A stretch of DNA of 64,000 nucleotides from Armatimonadota bacterium (GTDB lineage: Bacteria; Armatimonadota; Fimbriimonadia; Fimbriimonadales; Fimbriimonadaceae), in the NCBI GenBank assembly GCA_037141835.1, contig JBAXBU010000007.1, positions 365 through 64,364 on the forward strand, read 5' to 3'. The stretch's first letter is position 1; each line of letters opens with the position of its first letter. The translations under genes and the position numbers were made by a program. The notes beneath the pieces were generated by a model. The model was not told where the DNA came from. It searched no databases and worked only from the letters and a program-made list of their open reading frames with translations. Shown here piece after piece: positions 27,779 to 38,325 of this stretch.

Positions 27779-28936
27779 TCACGGGCGGGGCGGGTCAATG
27801 AGTGGAATAGAAAAACTAAACCTACTGCCTTTACCCGCCTCACTCTGAACCCCTATTTGGCCGCCATGGGCTTCCACGGCGAGTTTGCAAAAAGTTAAGC
27901 CCAGCCCAGTGCTTCGGGAGCGTCCGGCTTTTCTTGTTGCTACCTGACCAAACTTCTCGAAAATGAGACCAAATGCTTCTTCTGGAATACCTTCTCCGGT
28001 GTCACTCACCGAATAAACAGTCAAATTTTGTTCAAGGTTTTGAGAAACTTCGACCGTAATATTGCCCTTCAAAGGCGTGAATTTGATCGCATTGCCCAAC
28101 AAGTTAACCAATGTTCGAAGCAGCTTGCTTTCATCACCACGCAAAGGAGCCAACCCTTCTGGAACAACACTTATAAGCTCTATTTCCTTCGCTTCGCATA
28201 GCGAAGATACCTGTGCACATGCCTTTGCAACCAAGTTCCCTGGGTTCAATTCGGTGACCTGAAGTTCCAACGCGCCTGCCTCCATTTTCTCTACATCAAG
28301 CAAATCATTGATCATGCGCAGTAACGTCTCGCCTCCTTCTACCGCCATGTCTTTCATCTCCATCTGCAATGAATTGAGTTCACCGACCAATTCAAGTGTC
28401 TGCATTCCGGCGATGAGGGAAGTGAGCGGTGTACGCAAGTCGTGAATGATCATGTGTGTGAGGCTTTCACGCATCTTTTCAAGCTCCTGCAGCCTCCCGT
28501 AGCTCTTCTGTAGTTCGGCTGTGAATTCAACCTCATAATCGTGAATTCGACGATCATCCGTAACATCCTGAATTGCGAGGACTAAGTACTTTGTCTCTTG
28601 CCCAGATCGAAGGACGCGGGCGTTGAGCAACATAACTTTTCGCCCAATCCTCTGAAACTCATGAGTCAACTCAAAGTCGTTGAATACTGCTTGCTCTGGA
28701 ATGATCTCCTCAAGAAGCGTTCGTAGAGAGGGAATGTCCCATTGTCGATTTCCCAGTTCATAAATGAGCTCTCCTTCTGTTTCCGCGGGAGAAACCTGGA
28801 ACGTTTGATAGAAGGCGCGATTGGCAAAATGAACTTTCAACTGGCCATCTAAAATAATGAGGGGTCCACGAACTGTGTTAACAATGCTTTGGGCAAAGTC
28901 TTGGATGTCCTCAATTGCCGGAGCTAATGGCGTCAC
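27779..28936 (-). CDS. Cytoplasmic PAS sensor histidine kinase
   Basis: PAS segment, H-box IHDLRTPL, N-box [25 protein letters not shown]. Confidence 0.93.
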   Translation of the reverse strand: MTPLAPAIEDIQDFAQSIVNTVRGPLIILDGQLKVHFANRAFYQTFQVSPAETEGELIYELGNRQWDIPSLRTLLEEIIPEQAVFNDFELTHEFQRIGRKVMLLNARVLRSGQETKYLVLAIQDVTDDRRIHDYEVEFTAELQKSYGRLQELEKMRESLTHMIIHDLRTPLTSLIAGMQTLELVGELNSLQMEMKDMAVEGGETLLRMINDLLDVEKMEAGALELQVTELNPGNLVAKACAQVSSLCEAKEIELISVVPEGLAPLRGDESKLLRTLVNLLGNAIKFTPLKGNITVEVSQNLEQNLTVYSVSDTGEGIPEEAFGLIFEKFGQVATRKAGRSRSTGLGLTFCKLAVEAHGGQIGVQSEAGKGSRFSFSIPLIDPPRP

Positions 28937-28971
28937 GAAACGAACCTACAATTCCCAGATGCCCGAAAAGA

Positions 28972-29172
28972 ATGAAAAGAAATGCAATTCATCTTGTACA
29001 TGACGGCGAACATGCCTGTCTTGACGCAAGGCTAGTTCTTTTCCAGGCGCTAAACTATCTCGATGCCGCCGCCTACCCGGACACAAAGGTCTCGAAAGAC
29101 ACCATCTTTGTATTCGAGATCAATCGGCAACATATAGCCATTTGGAAGTTGATTCCTAGATCGGTTCGCTAA
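28972..29172 (+). CDS. Possible small hypothetical protein (66 aa)
   Basis: ORF fills the otherwise empty 28937-29174 gap; no recognisable motif. Confidence 0.3.
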   Translation: MKRNAIHLVHDGEHACLDARLVLFQALNYLDAAAYPDTKVSKDTIFVFEINRQHIAIWKLIPRSVR

Positions 29173-29174
29173 AT

Positions 29175-30014
29175 CTAGAAGCTCTTCAATTTCGCCAAAT
29201 CTCTTTCGTGTCCCTCATTCTCAATTGGAGTCTCAAGCAGAATTGGAATATTCTCAAACCGCTGGTCGTTCACCAGTAGTCGAAACCCTTCTTCACCAAT
29301 TTCGCCTTCTCCAATATGAGCATGGCGGTCCTTTTTACTGCCGAGCCCACCGATCGAATCATTGCAATGAACAGCGACCAGCCGATCAAAGCCAATAACT
29401 GACTCAAATTTGGTAAAGGTTTCGTTAAATGTTTCGGGAGTTCGAATGTCGTATCCAGCCGCGAAAATGTGGCAAGTATCAACACAAATCGCCACGCGTT
29501 TATCTCCATTGAGCCCGTCCAAAACAGCCTGGAGCATTTCAAAGGTTCCCCCCAAGGAAGTGCCAGTCGCCGCCGTGGTTTCCATGACGAGCATCACCGA
29601 AGGATCCGAATCGCTTAAGGCTTTCTTTGCCCCAAGAACGGCCAAGCGAATTCCTTCGTCATAGCCTTGCCCGACGTGCGCCCCAATGTGGGAGTTCAGA
29701 TACTTGATGCCGTACTGAGCACATCTATTCATCTCGTCGGTGAGTCCCGCAATCGACTTTTCCCGCAACTCCTCTCCAGCCGCCGCCAAGTTAATGAGAT
29801 AAGAATCGTGGCAAACAACCTCGGTGATCCCGGTCTCATTGCAAGCCAGTTTGTAGTCCGCAACCATCTCATCCGTAATTGGTTTCGCCTTCCAGAGCTG
29901 AGGACTTTTTGTAAAAACCTGAATTGCGGTACAGCCAATTCTCTTTCCTTCGCGAACGGCCCCGCCAAGGCCATTCTTAATTGGCATATGTGCCCCGACG
30001 AGTTTAGCGATCAT
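29175..30014 (-). CDS. nfo: Endonuclease IV
   Basis: GAHMPI, IQVFTKSP, HDSYLINL, METTA, CVDTCHIFAAGYD, HCNDS, DRHAHIGEG, LETP. Confidence 0.97.
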   Translation of the reverse strand: MIAKLVGAHMPIKNGLGGAVREGKRIGCTAIQVFTKSPQLWKAKPITDEMVADYKLACNETGITEVVCHDSYLINLAAAGEELREKSIAGLTDEMNRCAQYGIKYLNSHIGAHVGQGYDEGIRLAVLGAKKALSDSDPSVMLVMETTAATGTSLGGTFEMLQAVLDGLNGDKRVAICVDTCHIFAAGYDIRTPETFNETFTKFESVIGFDRLVAVHCNDSIGGLGSKKDRHAHIGEGEIGEEGFRLLVNDQRFENIPILLETPIENEGHERDLAKLKSF

Positions 30015-30033
30015 AAGGCAAGTCTACTTTTCG

Positions 30034-31083
30034 ATGTACACTAACGACTTCGCTATGCGACTTATTTTTACTTTTATAGGCTGTTTGTCGATCATCTCCC
30101 TCTCCAGGGCCCAAGTGCTTTTTGACGCTACAAAGGCGGAAATGGCGGGCAACGCTGACTGGGTCATCGATGCCGATCTCCACAACCTTGGTGTGAGCAC
30201 GGCCGCAATGGGGTCTGGTCAAGTTGGGGGAGGAACCGATTCGAACCCACAAAGAATCCCCAATCCTGGCTACGGAAATATCACAAATTCATCCCCAGAG
30301 ACCGCATGGACAGGCGCACTTTCAGCTTGGGGTGTCGGTCTCCTTAAGGCTGGATACAAGCCGGAAACTCTTGCATATAATAAGAAGATTACATATGGTG
30401 ATTCAAGCAATTCCCAAGACCTTTCCCACTATAAAATGTATGTTGTCTGTGAACCAAATATCTTGTTTACATTCGCAGAAAAGAAAGCAATCTTGAATTA
30501 CGTTCACGATGGGGGGAGCCTCTTTATGGTGGCAGACCACACCAGTTCGGACCGAAACAACGACGGAAAGGACTCGCTGCAAGTTTGGAATGATCTTCTC
30601 AACAATAATGGGATTGCCACCAACCCATTTGGGATTACGTTTAATTCCGACAGCGTTACGCCGGCGTCTCCGTTTGCGGATCCTTCGACATCCAACCTCC
30701 GAACCCACGGTAGCTACGGCACGGTATCCAATTTCTCGTACGCCTCGGGCTGCACAATGACGGTCAACACAACGGCAAATCGCTTCGCTACCGCCGACGT
30801 GTGGAGTTCGTCGGCAAAGAGCTCGTCAAGCGTCATGTTTGCTACTTCCACCTATGGCTTTGGTCGAATTGCGGCGGCAGGGGATAGCTCTCCTTTTGAC
30901 GACGGAACGGGGGATACCGGTGACACCCTGTTCAATGGCTGGGATGCAACCAACGACAAGCAGTTGATCATGAATACCAGCATGTGGTTGCTCAATCATC
31001 CCGCCGATGGTGTTCCTGAACCAGCTACTTTCGTTGTGATTTCCCTCGGATTGTGTGCGTTAATAGGGCGACGTCGCCGGTAA
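30034..31083 (+). CDS. Secreted PEP-CTERM protein
   Basis: Signal peptide; C-terminal VPEPATFVVISLGLCALIGRRRR. Confidence 0.88.
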   Translation: MYTNDFAMRLIFTFIGCLSIISLSRAQVLFDATKAEMAGNADWVIDADLHNLGVSTAAMGSGQVGGGTDSNPQRIPNPGYGNITNSSPETAWTGALSAWGVGLLKAGYKPETLAYNKKITYGDSSNSQDLSHYKMYVVCEPNILFTFAEKKAILNYVHDGGSLFMVADHTSSDRNNDGKDSLQVWNDLLNNNGIATNPFGITFNSDSVTPASPFADPSTSNLRTHGSYGTVSNFSYASGCTMTVNTTANRFATADVWSSSAKSSSSVMFATSTYGFGRIAAAGDSSPFDDGTGDTGDTLFNGWDATNDKQLIMNTSMWLLNHPADGVPEPATFVVISLGLCALIGRRRR

Positions 31084-31117
31084 CTTTGCCTGCGTTTGCG
31101 GTAAAACCATAGGATAA

Positions 31118-32467
31118 ATGGGCAAGTATTTTCCTGCGTTCAAAGCTTACGACGTCCGTGGGGTTGTTCCCACCGAGTTGAACCCGGAACTGGCCTACAA
31201 CATTGGTCGAGCCTACGCTGATGAGCTAGGACCGAAAACCGTCTGTATCGGATATGACATTCGCCTTTCTGGACCCGATCTTTACGATGCCTTTGCTCGT
31301 GGTCTGAACGATGCCGGAGTCGACGTCGTTCACCTCGGAATGGTTGGCACCGAAATGGTGTACTTCGCCACTGCATTCTATGGCTATGACGGCGGATGCA
31401 TGATCACCGCAAGCCACAATCCTCCTCAGTACAACGGACTTAAGATGGTCCGGCAAGAGAGTCGTCCAGTTTCGTCTGATACCGGCTTGCTCGAAATGGA
31501 GCGACGAGCTTTTGAACAGAAATGGGAAAAGACTGGCACAGGAACCAGAGTTGACCAAGACGTTTACGATGACTTTGTCCAACATCTTCTCGGCATCGTC
31601 TCTCCAAGCTCGCTAAAGCCCCTCAAAGTGCTGTGTGATGTCGGCAACGGTGCTGCTGGTGTAGCCCTTGAACAATTACTTCCTCACCTTCCGTTAGAAG
31701 TAACTAGACGTCTTTTTGAACCGGACGGCAACTTTCCGAACGGAGTTCCAAACCCGATTCTTGAAGAATCACGAGCTGAAACGGTTGCCCTCATGCACCG
31801 GGAGAGCTTTGACTTTGGCGTTGCATGGGATGGCGACTATGATCGGTGCTTCTTCTTCGACGAACACGGTGATTTCATCGAAGGCTACTACATCGTTGGA
31901 CTTCTCGCCCAATCAATTCTCAAAGACGATCCAAACCAGACCATTATTTACGATCCTCGCCTAACCTGGAATACCCTCGACATCGTGGAGAAGCTGGGTG
32001 GAAGAGCGGTTATCTGCAAGAGCGGTCACGCGTTCATCAAAGAGAAAATGCGAGCTGAAGATGCCACCTATGGCGGTGAAATGAGTGCTCACCACTATTT
32101 CAAGCAACATTGGTATTGCGATAGCGGCATGATCCCATTCTTGCTGATTGCCAAGCTAGTTTCCGATACCGGCAGGTCGCTCGGGGACCTCGTGAGAGAG
32201 ATGGTCAGCAACTATCCGTGCTCGGGAGAAGTGAACTCAACGGTGACGGATGTTCCGACGGTTCTCAAACGGGTTGAGGAATTGTACGCCGAAGGTGGAA
32301 CCATCGACCGAATCGATGGACTTTCCATTGAATATCCAAATTGGCGATTTAACCTTAGGGGTTCCAATACTGAACCAGTCATTCGACTCAATGTGGAAAC
32401 ACGAGGCGATGCCGAACTGATGAAAGCCAAGACAGCAGAATTACTGTTGGAAATCCGTAAGAACTAG
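31118..32467 (+). CDS. manB: Phosphomannomutase/phosphoglucomutase
   Basis: FKAYDVRG, ITASHNP, AWDGDYDRC, GGEMSAHHYF, NLRGSNTEP. Confidence 0.93.
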   Translation: MGKYFPAFKAYDVRGVVPTELNPELAYNIGRAYADELGPKTVCIGYDIRLSGPDLYDAFARGLNDAGVDVVHLGMVGTEMVYFATAFYGYDGGCMITASHNPPQYNGLKMVRQESRPVSSDTGLLEMERRAFEQKWEKTGTGTRVDQDVYDDFVQHLLGIVSPSSLKPLKVLCDVGNGAAGVALEQLLPHLPLEVTRRLFEPDGNFPNGVPNPILEESRAETVALMHRESFDFGVAWDGDYDRCFFFDEHGDFIEGYYIVGLLAQSILKDDPNQTIIYDPRLTWNTLDIVEKLGGRAVICKSGHAFIKEKMRAEDATYGGEMSAHHYFKQHWYCDSGMIPFLLIAKLVSDTGRSLGDLVREMVSNYPCSGEVNSTVTDVPTVLKRVEELYAEGGTIDRIDGLSIEYPNWRFNLRGSNTEPVIRLNVETRGDAELMKAKTAELLLEIRKN

Positions 32468-32583
32468 CCCGCAAATTTACTGGCTTTATCAAAACTTAAC
32501 ATAGTTTGTGAGGTTTTTGATATACTTGAGCTGTCTACTTTGCGTGTTGGGCAATGTTGCTTGACCGCTTTTGGAGGGCAATT

Positions 32584-33327
32584 ATGAAAAAAGCTTTAAC
32601 AATATTAGCGGTAGGTGCAGCGTCGGCTTCGTCTTTCGCGTCCGTCGTGTACGATGCTTTGTACACCGATTTAGGTCAAACAACTCTACGAACCATCACC
32701 AACACAGGTAGCACGCCACGAGGCAAGAAAGCCGACGTGGTAACTTTGGCTCCATTAACTGGAACCAATACGTTTTACCAATTGAACTCACTAAAGTTCA
32801 CCTTGGTTAACAGCGGTACAGCTCCGTTTTCAAACAACCTTGACGTAAACATGAAGTTCTGGGACACAAATACCCCAGGTACCGGTGCTACTACTCCACT
32901 CTTTAGCGGTGCTCAGGGCAACTACAACGTGACGTTTCAGTCATTCGCACTTACAAACGGCTTCTTTACTGTTGCGACTGTAACATTTACAAATGCCGTC
33001 ATCGTTCCAACTTCCTTAACTGCACCGACTTTTGGAGTAGAAATTACGACATCAGTTAATGGAATTACCAATGACGATGTGAGTGCAGGACTTTCTACAA
33101 TGGCCACTGGCTCACCTTTGACTGTTGGAAGTAGTACAAACGGCTGGTTCCGAGACGTCAACAATAATGGCGTTATTGATCAAGCTGAGGGAAGAATTTT
33201 CACTGGTGTAGATTCAAACCTAGCGATTGCGATTGACGCGACCGCTGTTCCTGAGCCTGCTTCCTTCGCAGTCATCGGACTTGGTCTCATTGGCCTCGTT
33301 GCTCGACGACGAAAGTCAAGCAAGTAA
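32584..33327 (+). CDS. Secreted PEP-CTERM protein (Thr/Asn-rich)
   Basis: SD GGAGG; MKKALTILAVGAASASSFA signal; VPEPASFAVIGLGLIGLVARRRK. Confidence 0.9.
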   Translation: MKKALTILAVGAASASSFASVVYDALYTDLGQTTLRTITNTGSTPRGKKADVVTLAPLTGTNTFYQLNSLKFTLVNSGTAPFSNNLDVNMKFWDTNTPGTGATTPLFSGAQGNYNVTFQSFALTNGFFTVATVTFTNAVIVPTSLTAPTFGVEITTSVNGITNDDVSAGLSTMATGSPLTVGSSTNGWFRDVNNNGVIDQAEGRIFTGVDSNLAIAIDATAVPEPASFAVIGLGLIGLVARRRKSSK

Positions 33328-33348
33328 GACTACGGTATAAACCGTTTA

Positions 33349-33384
33349 ATAAAGCCTCAAGCTATGCTTGAGGCTTTATTTTTT
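33349..33384 (+). terminator. Rho-independent terminator
   Basis: ATAAAGCCTCAAGC-TAT-GCTTGAGGCTTTAT followed by a T-run. Confidence 0.85.
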
Positions 33385-33422
33385 CGCCTCTTTTCAGCCA
33401 TAATTGAACCTGAGATCAACAA

Positions 33423-34580
33423 TTGATCACTTCCGCGCCGACCCACTATGAAACTCTTGGTGTGGGGTCCGCAGCCGATACTGACACGATACGAAAAGCA
33501 TATCGTCGGCTCGCCCAAAAGCATCATCCCGACGTAAGCGACTCTCCAGACGCTCACGACGACATGACGCGCATCAATGAAGCGTTTGAAACGCTCATGG
33601 ACGAAGCGCGAAGGGAAGAGTACGACGCCGTCTTGGCTGGTGCAGTTCGGGAAACTATTCAACAGCACTCACCGAAGAACCCCGTTCGCATCAAGTTGAT
33701 CAAGAGGCTGTATGGGCACAAGACCCCAGTCTATGGAGTATCTTTCGCCCCTGATTCAGGTCAATTGATTTCAGTAGGCTTTGACAATGAGCTCATTTGG
33801 TGGGCGCAAACCGGTGAAAAGTCTCGCCAAACAAAACTTGAATCAGGCAGTGTTTCTGTTCTCAAAGCCTTTGCCGAAGATAAGGTCGTTGCCGCCGGAA
33901 GTAACGATAGTCAAGTAAATGTCTGGTGCTTAGAAAACGAAACCGTGACTTCTTGGCGCGGTGTCCATGAAGAATGGGTCAGCTGCCTTGCCATATCTGG
34001 AGACGGTAATTCGGTCGCAGCGGGTTCAATTCACCATCACCTCAGAGTAAGCGATTCCACAACGGGGTCAGCTCGCTTTTCACTCAGAACCGAAAACTCC
34101 AGCGTTACCGCGGTGGCATTTAGTCCAGACGGAAAGTTTCTTGCATCAGGAACTGCCGATGCAAAAGTTGCCATCAGAGAAGCGAAAGGCGGAAAGTGGC
34201 TTAGGACAATTGAAAAACTTCGATCGGTCGTGACCGCGATCGCGTTTAGCTCGGACAACCGATATATTGCTGTCGCCGGAGTTGATCTTAGCATCCGAGT
34301 GTTTAACCTTGACACCGGACAACTCATCAAAATGTTATATGGCCATGAGCGCCCAATCGAAGCTCTCGCATTTCACCCTAATGGTTGGCTTTTTGCCTCT
34401 GCCTCACGAGACGGAACAATTGGATTGTGGAATGCGGCGAAAGGAATCGGAAACGTTCGCTTAGAAGCAAGTAGCCGCCCAATATGCTGTGTTGCGTTCA
34501 GCGCAGATGGAACACGGTTGGCAGCAAGCGGCCAAGATAAGGTGGTTCGACTCTTTGAAGTGATGGCAAAGCCGCTATAA
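33423..34580 (+). CDS. J-domain (DnaJ) + WD40-repeat protein
   Basis: HYETLGV..IRKAYRRLAQKHHPD; WD40 repeats (GHKTPVYGVSFAPD, GHERPIEALAFHPNG, IGLWN). Confidence 0.9.
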   Translation: MITSAPTHYETLGVGSAADTDTIRKAYRRLAQKHHPDVSDSPDAHDDMTRINEAFETLMDEARREEYDAVLAGAVRETIQQHSPKNPVRIKLIKRLYGHKTPVYGVSFAPDSGQLISVGFDNELIWWAQTGEKSRQTKLESGSVSVLKAFAEDKVVAAGSNDSQVNVWCLENETVTSWRGVHEEWVSCLAISGDGNSVAAGSIHHHLRVSDSTTGSARFSLRTENSSVTAVAFSPDGKFLASGTADAKVAIREAKGGKWLRTIEKLRSVVTAIAFSSDNRYIAVAGVDLSIRVFNLDTGQLIKMLYGHERPIEALAFHPNGWLFASASRDGTIGLWNAAKGIGNVRLEASSRPICCVAFSADGTRLAASGQDKVVRLFEVMAKPL

Positions 34581-35753
34581 CGACTTTATTATCTTGTTCG
34601 CAGCATCCAAAATCTGATTCGCCAGCAATTCGCTATCCGGCTCAACTCCAACTGAGAATCGGACGAATCCAGTACTTAAGCCCATTCGGTCACGTTCCTC
34701 TTCCGGTATTTCGGAAGAAGTGCTACAAGCTGGCATCGAAAAGAGCGTTTGGACAAATCCCAAGGAAACGGCTAAATGGCCAATTCCTTTGCGAACGAGT
34801 TCCTGCATAAATAGGTCTGCGGTTTCTCGGTCCCGACAATCGAAGGTGAATACTGCACCGCACCCAAAGGCAGGATCAGCAATTTCGGAAAATCTAGTGT
34901 GGTCTGGATGAGAAGGTAATCCCGGATACACGACAGGGTAACCGTTTTCTTGAAGTTTCCTCGAAACTGTTATGGCGTTCTTAGAGTGTTGCATTACCCG
35001 AATCGGCAGGGTCTGGAGGTTCTTGCGAATAGCGGCTGAAACCTGAGCATCCATTGTCGGACCAAGCAACATAGAACTTCCCGTATTGACATCCAGCAAT
35101 GAAGCAATGAACTCACTCGAAGCACAAACCGCTCCGCCAAGATGATCGCCCATGCCGTTAATGTATTTGGTTAGGCTGTGGACAACAATGTCAGCACCGA
35201 GCGTAGCCGGGTGAACAATAATCGGCGTAAACGTATTATCGACAACAAGTTTGATTCCTTGAGCTTTGCAAAGTTTGCTTAAAGCGACCAGGTCAGGACA
35301 CGCAAGTAATGGGTTGCTAAGAGTCTCACAGTAAACGATCTTGGTTTTGTCTGTAATGGAACGTTGAACTTCGACCAAGTTATTCATATTGACAAAACTC
35401 GTCCTTATCCCAAATTTTGGTAGCAAGTTGGCGAAGAGGGCGTAGGTGCCACCGTATACGGTACGACTGGCAACAATCTCGTCGCCAGTCTGACATAGCT
35501 GCATGACGACACAAGAAATGGCCCCCATTCCCGTCGCCATCACGCAAGCAGATTCAGTTCCCTCAAGCTGGGCAAGCTCTTCGGCGAGCAGGTGGTTTGA
35601 TGGACTTAAGTGTCGACCATAGAGGTAGCGTCCGGCAATTCCTGTCTCAAACATCTCGGTCATTTGAGCACCCGTATCAAACTCATACATGGCGGAGTCT
35701 GAAATCGGTGGATTAACATGACCGATGCCGAAGTTTGCGAAATTACGATTCAT
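34575..35753 (-). CDS. PLP-dependent Cys/Met metabolism enzyme (methionine gamma-lyase/cystathionine lyase family)
   Basis: YGRHLSP, TGMGAI, YGGT, VVDNTF, VHSLTKY (PLP Lys), AVSLG, VRFSVG. Confidence 0.92.
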   Translation of the reverse strand: MNRNFANFGIGHVNPPISDSAMYEFDTGAQMTEMFETGIAGRYLYGRHLSPSNHLLAEELAQLEGTESACVMATGMGAISCVVMQLCQTGDEIVASRTVYGGTYALFANLLPKFGIRTSFVNMNNLVEVQRSITDKTKIVYCETLSNPLLACPDLVALSKLCKAQGIKLVVDNTFTPIIVHPATLGADIVVHSLTKYINGMGDHLGGAVCASSEFIASLLDVNTGSSMLLGPTMDAQVSAAIRKNLQTLPIRVMQHSKNAITVSRKLQENGYPVVYPGLPSHPDHTRFSEIADPAFGCGAVFTFDCRDRETADLFMQELVRKGIGHLAVSLGFVQTLFSMPACSTSSEIPEEERDRMGLSTGFVRFSVGVEPDSELLANQILDAANKIIKSL

Positions 35754-35846
35754 AGTTCAATTATTGATTCTAAATCCAATAAGTTAGGCATATTTGCAAA
35801 TTTGGCTAACAAGTGAATAACAAAGTGCCGATTTTAACTAATTATA

Positions 35847-36512
35847 TTAGTTTGGGGTGACCCAATCTCGGAGATCTTCGGCAGTTAACTTTCGCAACGG
35901 ACTAACGATGCTTTTTGAAAGCTCTCGAAGAACTTCAATTAAGTATTCAAGCCGAACAGACGTTTCCACTAGTTCCAGGAAGAACTGCTTCCGAATGGGG
36001 GAGAAATCCAACATATTCGCAATAGCAAATGAGAGTTGTTCAGGATCCTCGGGAAATAGAACCTTAATCGCAAATTCTTGATTATCTACATGTTCTTTGA
36101 GCAGCGACTCGGCCAGTTCGCGGGACTCAGCACACAATTCAAACAGATGCTCGTGATCCTCCTCTTCAAGTTCAGAAATATTCTCAATCGTTCCTCGTAA
36201 GAAAGGAGCCTCAAAGTCAAATTCGCGGATTCGAAATCGTTCCACTCCTTCGACCGTAAGATCGTAACGGCCATCTTCATAACGATGAACGTCGAGAATT
36301 CTGGCTTTCGTCCCAACCAAATAAGGTTCTGATGCTTCCCCAGCTTCACCTTCGGAGCGGATTAAGGCGATGCCAAATGGAAGGTTTCTCTCCAGGCAGG
36401 ACTCTATCATGAGCCGATATTTTTGCTCAAAGATATGGAGCTGAGTCCTCGAATTTGGGAAGAGAACCAAGTTCAAAGGAAATAAAGGCAATAGTTCGCG
36501 TTCGGATGCCAT
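35847..36512 (-). CDS. LON peptidase substrate-binding domain protein (no protease domain)
   Basis: LPLFPLNLVLFP..LHIFEQKYRLMI..GTKARI. Confidence 0.88.
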   Translation of the reverse strand: MASERELLPLFPLNLVLFPNSRTQLHIFEQKYRLMIESCLERNLPFGIALIRSEGEAGEASEPYLVGTKARILDVHRYEDGRYDLTVEGVERFRIREFDFEAPFLRGTIENISELEEEDHEHLFELCAESRELAESLLKEHVDNQEFAIKVLFPEDPEQLSFAIANMLDFSPIRKQFFLELVETSVRLEYLIEVLRELSKSIVSPLRKLTAEDLRDWVTPN

Positions 36513-36579
36513 CGTAGATCACAACATTTATGGTCGAGAAAAGGTCATACTTATAGGGTTATTCATTGAACCACGTTCA

Positions 36580-38304
36580 GTGACTTTTTTAGAGGAATAT
36601 TCGGAAATGGCGGAAGATTTTCAAGACAAAAATCGTGAGCTTCAAGGAGAGATAGAGCGACTCAAACTCCGTATTAGCGAACTTGAAACGGATAAAAATG
36701 TCCCTTCTGCATCCAAGATGGAACAGCAAGTTGACGTTACGCCGATTGATCAGGCTGATGTCACTCTCCGAAGATTGGTTCAAAGAATTGCGATGATTCT
36801 TCAAGCAGAAAAGATCGTGATCATGTTCCATGACAGAGAAATGGGCGATCTTAAAGGAATTCCTCCGGCATTTGGTGTCGATGAAATTCATCTTAACGCG
36901 TTCAAAGTAAGGGCAACCCACGGAATTTCCGGAAAAGTCTTCCGGGATGGCGAACCAATCATCTACCAAGATATTGAAGCAATTCCTGAAGCCCGCGAAG
37001 AACCGTTTGGCCTCATGCATGTGGTGAACGGCGTCTGCGTTCCGCTAGTAATTGAAAAGCGTGATGATGAAAACCGAGTTATTGAAAAGAGCATGATCGG
37101 TGTTCTTCACGCGTTCAATAAGAAACATAACGAAGAATTTAATGAAGAAGATGTCCGATTGCTTGAGCGAATGGCGCGCAATGTCGGATCAATTATCGCC
37201 AACCTTCAAATGTATCGAGAGATCGTTGAAGAGAAAGAAGAATTGGCCCAGACTTTTGAGTCGCTGACGGCTGGTCTCATGTTGGTTTCTACAGATCGAC
37301 GACTGCTTCAAATCAACGCTACCGCTAGGGCTATCTTTCAGGCTCCTGCCGATAGTCTTGGCAAGAATCTTGAAGATATTGTCAAAGATACTGCGTTCCT
37401 TGGAGCAATTGAAAAGTCACTTGACGGTGCCGAGCCAGGAAAGGTTGAAACTCATTTGACCCTCGGTGGTTTCGAGAGAATTTATGAATCACAATTTGCC
37501 TCCGTTCTTGGGCAGGACGGAAAGGGAATTGGGGTTGTAGCTATCCTTGCAGATGTCACTGAAATTCGAAATATTGACCGAATGAAGTCGAGTTTCGTTG
37601 CCATGGCTTCTCATGAACTCCGAACACCGCTTACGGCAATTAAGGGCTTTTCCAGTACATTGCTCGATGGTCTTGATGATGAACTTTATGACAAGGCCGA
37701 TCAAAGAGAATTCCTTGGCATTGTTGTTGGCGAATGTGACCGGTTGCGAAGACTAATCGATGATCTTCTCAACACGAGCAGAATCGAAGCTGGTGAGTCA
37801 CTGAAGCCAAACTATACGCATGTTGACATCAAGACACTCCTTGATAAGGCGCAGAAAGTTCAACAGCAAGCTACGCACAAGCACGTTATTAAACTAGATG
37901 TTCAGGGCGATCTTCCCGACCTCATCGTAGGGGACGAAGATAAGATGGATCAAATCCTGACCAACCTTCTCAACAACGCAATCAAGTACTCGCCAAATGG
38001 TGGAGATATTGTTATTCATGCGAAGCAAGAAGGTGAAACATTGGTCATCGGAGTCAAGGATCAAGGGCTTGGAATTCCCAAGGATCACCTCCAAAAAGTC
38101 TTTGAAAGGTTCCACCGAGTTAATAACGAAGATAACCGACGAATTTATGGAACGGGTCTTGGTCTTTTCTTGGTCAAGCACCTCGTTGAAAATGTTCATT
38201 TTGGCAAAATCTGGGTTGAATCGGATCTAAATAAGGGTTCAGACTTCATTTTCAGAATTCCAACCAACATCAACATTGAAGAAGCGAAGAAAGTAACGGA
38301 CTAA
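36580..38304 (+). CDS. GAF/PAS sensor histidine kinase
   Basis: GAF (VCVPLV..IGVLHAFNK), PAS, SHELRTPL, NLLNNAIKYS, DQGLGIP, GTGLGL. Confidence 0.93.
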   Translation: MTFLEEYSEMAEDFQDKNRELQGEIERLKLRISELETDKNVPSASKMEQQVDVTPIDQADVTLRRLVQRIAMILQAEKIVIMFHDREMGDLKGIPPAFGVDEIHLNAFKVRATHGISGKVFRDGEPIIYQDIEAIPEAREEPFGLMHVVNGVCVPLVIEKRDDENRVIEKSMIGVLHAFNKKHNEEFNEEDVRLLERMARNVGSIIANLQMYREIVEEKEELAQTFESLTAGLMLVSTDRRLLQINATARAIFQAPADSLGKNLEDIVKDTAFLGAIEKSLDGAEPGKVETHLTLGGFERIYESQFASVLGQDGKGIGVVAILADVTEIRNIDRMKSSFVAMASHELRTPLTAIKGFSSTLLDGLDDELYDKADQREFLGIVVGECDRLRRLIDDLLNTSRIEAGESLKPNYTHVDIKTLLDKAQKVQQQATHKHVIKLDVQGDLPDLIVGDEDKMDQILTNLLNNAIKYSPNGGDIVIHAKQEGETLVIGVKDQGLGIPKDHLQKVFERFHRVNNEDNRRIYGTGLGLFLVKHLVENVHFGKIWVESDLNKGSDFIFRIPTNINIEEAKKVTD

Positions 38305-38325
38305 ACCGCTGAGATAAGGAATGCG

